Shown in pieces: positions 55,739 to 63,719 of a stretch of 64,000 bases of DNA. The position numbers were made by a program, and so were the translations under genes. Location: the NCBI GenBank assembly GCA_045579625.1, contig JAZNMN010000017.1:163002-227001 (forward strand), read 5' to 3'. Origin of the DNA: Ruminiclostridium sp. GTDB lineage: Bacteria; Bacillota; Clostridia; Oscillospirales; Ruminococcaceae. The notes beneath the pieces are model-generated. The model searched no databases, had not been told where the DNA came from, and worked only from the letters and a program-made list of their open reading frames with translations. The number at the start of each line of letters is the position of its first letter. Positions within the stretch are counted from its first letter, which is position 1.

Positions 55739-56397
55739 TACTTCTCCTCCTTTACTGCAAGACTACAGCTTTCACGACTGGGACAAGTACTGCAGCTTAT
55801 CTTCTTGGGCTTCTTTCCTGTAAGCTTTCCGACTATAGCGATAACACAGCCTAAGGTAAAGAATCCTCCTGCAGGAAGAATAAATATCGTCATAGGCTCA
55901 ACTATTTCGGGCATTACGGTGATACCGAACCATTCGCCCGTACCGAGGATTTCGCGGATAGAGCCCACAATAAACAGCGACGCCGTAAAGCCGAGTCCCA
56001 TACCGAGTCCGTCAAGAACGGAGGGTAAAACCTTGTTTTTACAAGCAAACATCTCGGCTCTTCCGAGAATGATGCAGTTTACCGTGATAAGGCTCAGAAA
56101 TACGCCGAGCGATTCCGCAAGACTGGGCAAAAATGCGTCAAGCATTATACTTACAAAGGTTACAAAGCCCGCTATAACAACGATAAAGCAAGGCAGTCTT
56201 ACTGTATTCGGAATAACTTTCTTAAGAAGAGAAATAACGAGATTCGAGCATACAAGTACAAATGTAGTAGCGAAGCCCATTCCGAGTCCGTTCTCCGCCA
56301 TAGTTGTAACGGCAAGAGTCGGACACATACCGAGAAGCATAACGAGGTTGGGGTTTTCCTTGATTAACCCCTTGGTAAATTCCTTCATATAGCTCAT
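55738..56397 (-). CDS. rnfE: Rnf complex subunit E
   Basis: ENP.LV.LLGMCPTLAVT, LITVNCIILGRAE, ILPAGGF. Confidence 0.95.
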   Translation of the reverse strand: MSYMKEFTKGLIKENPNLVMLLGMCPTLAVTTMAENGLGMGFATTFVLVCSNLVISLLKKVIPNTVRLPCFIVVIAGFVTFVSIMLDAFLPSLAESLGVFLSLITVNCIILGRAEMFACKNKVLPSVLDGLGMGLGFTASLFIVGSIREILGTGEWFGITVMPEIVEPMTIFILPAGGFFTLGCVIAIVGKLTGKKPKKISCSTCPSRESCSLAVKEEK

Positions 56398-56987
56398 TAT
56401 TCAGCCTCGCCTCCTTCTTCTGCGCCTTTTGTATTTGCAAAAGTCTCAATAGCGATATTTACTGCATTAGCTATTCCCTTTGAGGAATAGGTTGCGCTGG
56501 TAACGCCCTGAATCTCATTTTCCGATACGGGAGCAGTCTTTACAATTGTAACGGAGCTGTTCTTACCGGCAAACTTACCGAGAAAGGCTTCATCGTTTAC
56601 TTTCGTTCCGAGACCGGGAGTTTCGGTAATCGAAATAACGGAAATGCCCTTAACGCTTCCGTCGCCGTTCATTGCTATAAGGAGATCGAGGCCGTCCTTG
56701 GTGTAGCCGTTCACTACCACTTCATAAGCTACAGAGCCGTCGTTCTTTAATATTACTTTTTCTATTTCTTCGGGCTTTTCAAAGCTATAACCCTCATTCT
56801 TCCACATTTCATCAGTCATTATGGAAAATTCGCCCTCTCCCATAAGAGATACGCATTTTTCCCTGAGCTTTTCCGTAATGATACCCGATGTATCAACATA
56901 GGTGAGGTTATGAGCTACTATAAGTAAAGCCGAAATCAGCGTAGTTATTACAGCAAGAACCAATGCAGGCTTAATTTTACTCATCAT
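56397..56987 (-). CDS. rnfG: Rnf complex subunit G
   Basis: TM, ETPGLG and flavinylation motif GVTSATYSS. Confidence 0.93.
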   Translation of the reverse strand: MMSKIKPALVLAVITTLISALLIVAHNLTYVDTSGIITEKLREKCVSLMGEGEFSIMTDEMWKNEGYSFEKPEEIEKVILKNDGSVAYEVVVNGYTKDGLDLLIAMNGDGSVKGISVISITETPGLGTKVNDEAFLGKFAGKNSSVTIVKTAPVSENEIQGVTSATYSSKGIANAVNIAIETFANTKGAEEGGEAE

Positions 56988-57916
56988 TTCGCCTTTACCT
57001 CCTTCTTGAAGCCGAAGGGTCTGGGCTTAACGTACCTGTCAATAAGAGGAGATAAAATGTTCATAATAAGTATAGAATATGAAACACCCTCTGGTAATGT
57101 ACCGAAATCTCTTATTACTACGGTTATAAGACCACAGCCTACCGCAAAAATAAGCTTTCCTGCGGTGGTTATGGGAGTTGTCGCATAGTCGGTAGCCATA
57201 AATACTGCGCCGAAAACAAGACCGCCTGACATAATCTCTATAAGCACATCTCCGCCGCTTATAAAGGTGCATAACGCTACCGTTCCGATAAAAGCGACAG
57301 GTGTAACGGGATTTATAATTCCTAAGGAAACAAGATAAATTCCGCCCAGTAATATAGCGGCTATACAGGTTTCACCGATACAGCCTCCCCTGTTACCGAG
57401 GAACATATCGAGATACGAGGGTAGCTCTTCCGCCACAAGGGGGGTAGCCGAAGCTGTTGCGTCAGTACCGTTGGCATAAGCAAAAGGATCCGACCAGGTA
57501 GTCATATAGGACGTAAAGGAAAGCATAAGTATTATTCTCGCAATTATTGCGGGATTGGCGAAATTCTGCCCGAGACCGCCGAAGAACTGCTTTACTACAA
57601 CAATAGCCGCTACACATCCTATAAATGCCATATATACGGGAAGCTCGGGAGGTAAATTAAGTCCGAGGATTACGCCTGTAACCGCTGCAGAAAGATCCGA
57701 TACGGTCTGTTCCCTTTTAATTATCTTATTGTATACAAATTCCGTCAGTACCGAAAATGTCGCACAAAGAACTACCAGAAGAAGCGCACGGAGTCCGAAT
57801 ATTACCGTTCCCGCAACAACCGATGGGAACAGCGCAATAAGGACGTGAAGCATAATCTTCTGAGTTGTCATCGAACTTCTTATATGGGGTGACGGCTCGA
57901 TTAGAAGCTTACTCAT
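56984..57916 (-). CDS. rnfD: Rnf complex subunit D
   Basis: SPHI, KQFFGGLGQNFANPA, ASATPL (FMN-Thr), GCIGET, FMATD..T.P. Confidence 0.95.
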   Translation of the reverse strand: MSKLLIEPSPHIRSSMTTQKIMLHVLIALFPSVVAGTVIFGLRALLLVVLCATFSVLTEFVYNKIIKREQTVSDLSAAVTGVILGLNLPPELPVYMAFIGCVAAIVVVKQFFGGLGQNFANPAIIARIILMLSFTSYMTTWSDPFAYANGTDATASATPLVAEELPSYLDMFLGNRGGCIGETCIAAILLGGIYLVSLGIINPVTPVAFIGTVALCTFISGGDVLIEIMSGGLVFGAVFMATDYATTPITTAGKLIFAVGCGLITVVIRDFGTLPEGVSYSILIMNILSPLIDRYVKPRPFGFKKEVKAK

Positions 57917-57937
57917 CTGTTCTTTTATCCTTTCAGC

Positions 57938-59230
57938 TTAGGATTTATTCGCCATATCTCTGAGAAAAGCTTTGGCAAGCTGATTCTTCTCCGAGATATT
58001 TCTTTTTGCGGGACATACGTATGTGCAGGCTCCGCAGTTCATACAGGTATTAAGGCTCAGCTTTTTAAGCTTTTCAGCATCACGTGAATCATAGGCCTTT
58101 TCAAGCTCGGTAGGCATAAGCCCCATCGAACAAGCTCTTATACACCTTCCGCAGCGTATGCAGGAGGTAGAAAGCTGTTCCTTCGTATCGCCAAAAAGAA
58201 GAACAGCATTATTGGTTTTGGAAACGGGGGTTGACGTATCATAAATTGTCGTACCCATCATAGGTCCGCCTAAAAGCACCCTGTCGGGCTTTTTATACAC
58301 ATTTGCGGCGGCAAGTATATCGTCAATCGGCGTTCCTACGGGAACAATAAGATTCATAGGCTTATTAACGATATTTCCGTCTACTGTAAGCCTTCTTTTT
58401 ATAAGGGGAATACCCGTCTTGATATAATCGTATATGAAAGCTATTGTGGAACAGTTCATCACTATACAGCCTGCCGACAGAGGAAGCTCCCCCGCCATTA
58501 CGGTTCTTCCCGTAGTGTTATATATAAGCACCTTTTCTGCGCCCTGGGGATAGACAGAGCTAAGGGTCTTAACGGTTATTGCCTCATCCTTAGCGGTAAG
58601 CTTTTCCATTTTTTCAATAGCCTTCGCCTTGTCTGCTTCAATTCCGATTACTGCCCTCTTAAGGCCGAGATATTTCAGAATAAGAAGTATACCGCTTCTT
58701 ACCTTTTCGCCCTCCTCCATAAATGTACGGTAGTCCGAGGTAATATAAGGCTCACATTCCGCACCGTTTACCACAAGCGTATCCACGTCAGCCTTTGAAG
58801 GGTCAAAATTAAGCTTTACATAAGTAGGAAAGCCTGCGCCGCCGAGACCTACCGAGCCGCTCATTTTAACGGCATTTATAAAATCCTCTCGGCTGTTTAT
58901 TACGGGAGGCTTTATTTCGTCGCTCATAACCTGACGGAGCTCGGTTTCAATTACAACAGCGTCATTGAGCTTTCCGAAAACATTCATTATTTTTATTATC
59001 TCTTTTACCGTGCCTGTAACACTGGAATGTACAGGAGAAGAGATAACCGCGTCATTTCTTCCGATAAGCTGTCCCGTATTTACGTGGTCTCCGGGAGAAA
59101 CTATCGGAGTACAAGGCACGCCGCCGTGCTGGGACATACTTATAATGACCTTACCGGGAAGTGTTATATTCGTGGAACCTGCTTCTGCCGCATTGTTGAA
59201 ATGAGGCAGTCTTATAGAGTTTAGCTTCAA
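57938..59230 (-). CDS. rnfC: Rnf complex subunit C
   Basis: QHGG, GLGGAGFPT, NGAECEPY, YPQGAEK, GGPMMG, two CxxCxxCxxxCP-type motifs. TTG 59230 follows a GAAAGG RBS; the track start 59305 lies inside the upstream gene. Confidence 0.93.
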   Translation of the reverse strand: MKLNSIRLPHFNNAAEAGSTNITLPGKVIISMSQHGGVPCTPIVSPGDHVNTGQLIGRNDAVISSPVHSSVTGTVKEIIKIMNVFGKLNDAVVIETELRQVMSDEIKPPVINSREDFINAVKMSGSVGLGGAGFPTYVKLNFDPSKADVDTLVVNGAECEPYITSDYRTFMEEGEKVRSGILLILKYLGLKRAVIGIEADKAKAIEKMEKLTAKDEAITVKTLSSVYPQGAEKVLIYNTTGRTVMAGELPLSAGCIVMNCSTIAFIYDYIKTGIPLIKRRLTVDGNIVNKPMNLIVPVGTPIDDILAAANVYKKPDRVLLGGPMMGTTIYDTSTPVSKTNNAVLLFGDTKEQLSTSCIRCGRCIRACSMGLMPTELEKAYDSRDAEKLKKLSLNTCMNCGACTYVCPAKRNISEKNQLAKAFLRDMANKS

Positions 59231-59247
59231 TTTTGTCACGCCTTTCG

Positions 59248-60171
59248 TTAGCTCTCGATATCTCTGAGAAGTCCGATAAGCTCGCTTATCCGACCTGTTG
59301 GACACTCAAAATATGAATTATCAATACTTATTATATTTCCGTTTTTATATGCGCCGAGCTGGCTTAAAACCTCGTCGGAAGCTAAGTCGTCAGCAGTAAA
59401 CCTACTATTCAGGATAATCACATCAGGCTCATTTTCAAGAAGAAATTCCTTTTCGAAGGCATATCCGAAGATATCTCCTGCCGCATTATCGCCGAAAAGG
59501 GATAATACAGAATCCTCAAGAGTCCACCTTCCCGATACGTTAAGGCATTCCGTGACATATATGTAGCTTCCTAAGTTTTTTTCTGCAGGAATACTGTCAG
59601 CAATAACCTTGTATGCCTTTTCGGCAGTACTTTCCGCATCAAAGGCCCCCTCAAAAGCAAGAGCTACACCGTAATACACCCCTTTAAGCTCTTCAAGAGA
59701 ACGGGGAGCGGAAAAATATACGGTTTTTATACCGCTGTCATTAAGAAGGATTATATCCTTATTCGGAATTGTCGTCGAAGTAAACACAATATCGGGAGAA
59801 AGCTCCTTTATTGCGGAAATATCGGGCTGTGAGGGCTTTCCTACCTGTGGTACGGAAAAAATCTCCTCGGGATAGTTACAGTAACTGCACTTCCCTTTAA
59901 GCTTATCACCGTAACCCATTTCACATATTATTTCGGTAAGCCAGGGCGAAAGAGAAACAACCTTTTCGGGAGCCTTATCAATCTCTGTTTCGTTTATATA
60001 AACAGGATATTCGGAGGGCTCCTCGGTTTCCTTAGCCTCGCCTAATGCAAAAACAGGCATCGTCGCTTCCGTATCGGAGGAAACAGCTTCCCCTACGGAA
60101 CAGCCTGCCGCAAAAAGACAAACCATAAACAAAAGGATAAATTTCAGCGTTTTATCAAACTTAAATTTCAT
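59248..60171 (-). CDS. BtuF-like (cobalamin/iron-chelate) substrate-binding lipoprotein
   Basis: Lipobox FAAGC; KVVSLSP..TEI...MG, CNYP, PDI..I.EL.PDIV pattern. No permease in the window. Confidence 0.75.
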   Translation of the reverse strand: MKFKFDKTLKFILLFMVCLFAAGCSVGEAVSSDTEATMPVFALGEAKETEEPSEYPVYINETEIDKAPEKVVSLSPWLTEIICEMGYGDKLKGKCSYCNYPEEIFSVPQVGKPSQPDISAIKELSPDIVFTSTTIPNKDIILLNDSGIKTVYFSAPRSLEELKGVYYGVALAFEGAFDAESTAEKAYKVIADSIPAEKNLGSYIYVTECLNVSGRWTLEDSVLSLFGDNAAGDIFGYAFEKEFLLENEPDVIILNSRFTADDLASDEVLSQLGAYKNGNIISIDNSYFECPTGRISELIGLLRDIES

Positions 60172-61348
60172 TTATATCAAGTCCTAACTCTAACCGTGAT
60201 TCAAGTATTTCTACGAATTGCTTTGCAGTACGGGGAGAACGCCCGTTTTTCTTAAGAGCGTAACGCTCGGCAAGAAGAAAAAGCTTTTCCTCGGAAATAT
60301 CAAGCTTCCTGTCCGAAGCGATTTTCTTTACTATATCAAGATAACAGGCCTTATCGGGAGTCATAAAGGTTATGTATAACCCGAACCTGTCGTAAAGGGA
60401 CATATTTTCATCCCTTGCGTCGGCGGCGTGAAGCTCGTCGCCGCTTCGCTCGGAGGATGTCTCCTTTATTATGTGACGTCTGTTTGTTGTAGCGTAGATA
60501 ACGCAGTTTTCGGGTATTACCTGTACTGAGCCCTCAAGAAGCTGTTTCAGCACAGAATAGCCCTCGTCCGCTTCGCCGAAGCTTATATCATCAATAAAAA
60601 GTATAAATTTAAGCGGTACAGAGGATATTTTTCCGAAAATACCGTAAATACTGTTAATCGAAGATTTCGGTACAAAAATAATACGAAGCTCGGGATATTC
60701 GTTTACTATAGCCTTAACAGTACTGGATTTTCCCGTACCCCTGTCCCCGTAAAGAAGTGCATTCTGTCTCCCGAGACCGTTTATAAAGCTAAGCGTGTTG
60801 TCTGTTACCTGTTTACGCTGTCTCTCGTAGTTCTTAAGGTCGCAAAGACGCACCCTATCGAAATGAGCCACAGGAACAAGCTTGTTTTCTTCCAGCCTGA
60901 AGGCCTTATTCTCAGCGAAAAATGAACCGCCGTAAAGAGAAACGTAGGAAATTACAACCTCAGTCGAGATAATGGTATCCCCTGTTTCAAAGGCAGGAAA
61001 ATCATAGTCGGAAAGACCGAATTTTTCCTTCAGATAATTTACGGTAATATGGGGGCTGAGCTTCGAAAAAGCGGAAAGTATACCGATATCATTTTTTATT
61101 GTATTAAAAATGTACTGTGTATTATTACTGAGATATTTTCTTATAATCTCTCCTTTATCGACGGCAAGAAAAAAGATATAATCGCTAAGCGTCCTGCCCG
61201 AAAGGATAAGAAGCTCACAAAGCCTTGAATAGCTGTTTAAGGCAGTATTTTCATCCTCTGAGGAAAGCTCTGAAATCAAAGCTATAATCTCGTCATTCTT
61301 ATATTCCGAACAGCAAAGCAGCGCCGAGAGTCTTTTAAAATTTTCCAT
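60161..61348 (-). CDS. DUF815 family AAA+ ATP-binding protein
   Basis: L..YERQR, NALLYGDRGTGKSS, FIDDISF, YATTNRRH, SL.DRFG, GRSPRTA.QF. Confidence 0.9.
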   Translation of the reverse strand: MENFKRLSALLCCSEYKNDEIIALISELSSEDENTALNSYSRLCELLILSGRTLSDYIFFLAVDKGEIIRKYLSNNTQYIFNTIKNDIGILSAFSKLSPHITVNYLKEKFGLSDYDFPAFETGDTIISTEVVISYVSLYGGSFFAENKAFRLEENKLVPVAHFDRVRLCDLKNYERQRKQVTDNTLSFINGLGRQNALLYGDRGTGKSSTVKAIVNEYPELRIIFVPKSSINSIYGIFGKISSVPLKFILFIDDISFGEADEGYSVLKQLLEGSVQVIPENCVIYATTNRRHIIKETSSERSGDELHAADARDENMSLYDRFGLYITFMTPDKACYLDIVKKIASDRKLDISEEKLFLLAERYALKKNGRSPRTAKQFVEILESRLELGLDINEI

Positions 61349-61487
61349 ATTTATACCGTATCTTTATGTAAAAATCTAAGTAAATTTTCTTTCAGCAATA
61401 TGCCGAATTTGAAAATACACACTAAATATTATATCATAAACACGCTTGAATATCAATACTTTATACAATAAATAATAATTTAACAAA

Positions 61488-62198
61488 TTATGACAAATAT
61501 TCATTTTTGTCAAATTCACTTTTAAGCTTATCAATCGCTTTTTTCTCTATCCGAGAAACGTAGGAACGCGATATTTTAAGCTCGGAAGCCACTTCCCTCT
61601 GCGTAAGAGGCTTATGTACAATGCCGTCAAGATTAAGACCGTATCTTTTGGAAATTATAAGCTTTTCCCTGTCGTTAAGAGCCCTGTTTATATACCTGTA
61701 AAGCTTCTCCATATTTATTCTAAGGTCTACCTCGTCATCCACGCATACATCATCGCTGAAAATGTCGGCGATAGTAATCTCATTACCGTTTTTATCCGTT
61801 TCAACAGGCTCATTCATATATACCTCCGCATACCTGTGCTTATTCTTACGGAAGTACATTTTTATCTGATTCTGTATACAGGTGCTGGCGTATGTGGAAA
61901 AGCTTATATCCTTATTTATGTCGAAGGTTTCGGCAGCCTTTATAAGCCCGATAGTACCGATTGAAATAAGATCCTCCTGTTCTCTCGAATCGCTGAAATG
62001 CTTAGAAACGATATAGGCCACAAGTCTTAGATTATGCTCAATAAGCTTATTCCGTGCTTCACAATCTCCCTCCGACATTTTTTTAAGGCAGTCCTGCTCC
62101 TCCGCCTTTGTAAGCTGTCGGGGATACGCATTACCGTCAAGATGAAGAGCGAAGAAAAGAAAATTTCTGAACGCAAGCTCGAATATTTCGGAAAACAT
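61488..62198 (-). CDS. sigK: Sporulation sigma factor SigK (pro-sigK-like), uninterrupted
   Basis: Hydrophobic pro-peptide, P..L...EE, ARNKLIEHNLRLVA, EDLISIGTIGLIKA, TQREVA..L.ISRSYVSRIEKKA; GGAGGG RBS. Confidence 0.85.
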   Translation of the reverse strand: MFSEIFELAFRNFLFFALHLDGNAYPRQLTKAEEQDCLKKMSEGDCEARNKLIEHNLRLVAYIVSKHFSDSREQEDLISIGTIGLIKAAETFDINKDISFSTYASTCIQNQIKMYFRKNKHRYAEVYMNEPVETDKNGNEITIADIFSDDVCVDDEVDLRINMEKLYRYINRALNDREKLIISKRYGLNLDGIVHKPLTQREVASELKISRSYVSRIEKKAIDKLKSEFDKNEYLS

Positions 62199-62226
62199 AA
62201 CAAACCCTCCTTAGAAAACTTGTTAT

Positions 62227-62254
62227 ATCCTATGAAAAACAGCTTGAACAGTAT
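62227..62254 (-). promoter_or_regulatory. SigE-type promoter of sigK
   Basis: Minus strand ATAC-16 nt-CATAGGAT; sigK is SigE-transcribed in B. subtilis. Confidence 0.45.
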
Positions 62255-62273
62255 ACAATTTTTTACTTTCAGC

Positions 62274-62302
62274 TTGATAAAAAATCCGATATATGATATC
62301 AT
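62274..62302 (+). promoter_or_regulatory. SigA promoter of dprA
   Basis: TTGATA-17 nt-TATCAT with extended TG. Confidence 0.55.
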
Positions 62303-62354
62303 TGTATCAGTAAAGGCATAATGCATAATATAACAAAAAAGGCAGACAGAAGCT

Positions 62355-63224
62355 ATGAACAAGTACTATGTATGGCTTATCCAGCTTTTAAAACCCGCAA
62401 ACCCCATTATCCACGATATACTCAGAAAATACGGAAATGCCGAAAACGCATATAAGGCTATTATGGAGGGAGAAAGGGATTTTCTCGATAATAAACAGAA
62501 AAACAGCCTCGGATATGTAACGCTCGACCGTGCCGAAAAGGCTCTTGAGCTTGCATACAAAAGAGATAATTCGGTTATCACGATAGATAGCCCCGAATAT
62601 CCGAAGCTTCTTAAGGAAATATATAATCCGCCCGCAATACTTTTCTACAGAGGTAATCTCGGCTGTCTCGACAAGCTTTGTATAACTGCCGTCGGAGCGA
62701 GAGAGGTAACTCCCTACATTAAAAAATTAGCCTTTCGTATATGCAGGGATCTTGCAAGAAAGGATATAACTATCGTAAGCGGAATGGCTAACGGCGTCGA
62801 TAACTGCGCTCATAGCGCTTGTGTCAGTGAGGGGCTTCCTACTGTTGGAGTTCCGGGCTGCGGACTTGATTTTGATTATCCGAGGGGCAGTAAGATACTC
62901 CGTGAAAAAATAGTTATGTGCGGCGGCTGTATTCTATCCGAGCTCATTCCTACAACAGCTCCCGAGCCCGAATATTTCAAGGCGAGAAACCGCATTCTTG
63001 CAGGACTTTCCAGAGGTACTGCCGTTTTTCAGGCCGATATGGACAGCGGTTCTCTTATAACTGCCGCCTTCGCGGTAAACGAAAGCCGAGATGTATTCTG
63101 TATACCTCCTCCCGATTTATTCGATCCCAGGTACGCAGGAGTTGTAAGCTACCTCAGAGACGGAGCGATACCGCTTTTCAATCACGATGATATAATCAAG
63201 CAATATAAAGGACTTTACATTTAG
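62355..63224 (+). CDS. dprA: DNA-processing protein DprA (SAM + Rossmann/SLOG, no C-terminal winged helix)
   Basis: EYP.LLKEIYNPP.ILFYRG, AVGAR, VSGMANGVD, GCGLD..YP, RNRILAGLS, SGSLITA. Confidence 0.92.
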   Translation: MNKYYVWLIQLLKPANPIIHDILRKYGNAENAYKAIMEGERDFLDNKQKNSLGYVTLDRAEKALELAYKRDNSVITIDSPEYPKLLKEIYNPPAILFYRGNLGCLDKLCITAVGAREVTPYIKKLAFRICRDLARKDITIVSGMANGVDNCAHSACVSEGLPTVGVPGCGLDFDYPRGSKILREKIVMCGGCILSELIPTTAPEPEYFKARNRILAGLSRGTAVFQADMDSGSLITAAFAVNESRDVFCIPPPDLFDPRYAGVVSYLRDGAIPLFNHDDIIKQYKGLYI

Positions 63225-63239
63225 AAAGGGGTTATTATT

Positions 63240-63644
63240 ATGACATTCTATGAAATTACCGAAAAGGACAGAGAACTTATTACCGCCGCATTGGATCCGC
63301 TTAAAAACGACTACGGTGACAAGGCTCATTACCACATTGTAGGCGCCGCGCTTCTTACAAAAAGCGGAAAGGTTTATATAGGCGTAAACTGTGACGGAAT
63401 TCACGGCTCCTGCGCCGAATTTATAGCTATGGGCGCCGCAAAGGTAGCGGGAGAAAACGACTTCGATACTATCGTAGCAGTACATAAGGACGCTAAGAAT
63501 TATGTTGTTTCGCCTTGCGGAAACTGCAGGCAGACATTGTTCGAGTACTGTCCCGATGTAAAGGTTATCGTTAATAATGATGAAGGAGAGCTTGTTAAGG
63601 TTGGAATAAGAGACCTTCTTCCCTTCGCTTATGTGGAGCTTTGA
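63240..63644 (+). CDS. Cytidine deaminase family protein, blasticidin-S deaminase (Bsr)-like
   Basis: Zn motifs CAE and SPCGNCRQ; VGAA..TKSG and DFDTIVAV segments. Confidence 0.85.
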   Translation: MTFYEITEKDRELITAALDPLKNDYGDKAHYHIVGAALLTKSGKVYIGVNCDGIHGSCAEFIAMGAAKVAGENDFDTIVAVHKDAKNYVVSPCGNCRQTLFEYCPDVKVIVNNDEGELVKVGIRDLLPFAYVEL

Positions 63645-63684
63645 TAAACACAGATAAATAATGCGGATATCTTTGATTAAGCAC

Positions 63685-63719
63685 AAAACTGCCCGAGATA
63701 TAAAATCTCAGGCAGTTTT
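63685..63719. terminator. Bidirectional terminator
   Basis: AAAACTGCC(C)GAGAT/ATCTC(A)GGCAGTTTT stem between convergent genes. Confidence 0.8.

Noticed and set aside
54403-56392. + strand ORFs opposite rnfB/A/E
   Set aside because: Shadow ORFs; low-complexity translations with no family features.
59231-59305. N-terminal extension of RnfC given by the track
   Set aside because: Lies inside the upstream lipoprotein gene; TTG at 59230 has a proper RBS.
61349-61487. Cobalamin riboswitch upstream of the DUF815/BtuF-like genes
   Set aside because: The region is short and very AT-rich, with no B12-box or GC-rich helices.
61488-62198. skin-type element interrupting sigK
   Set aside because: The reading frame is continuous from the pro-sequence through region 4.2.
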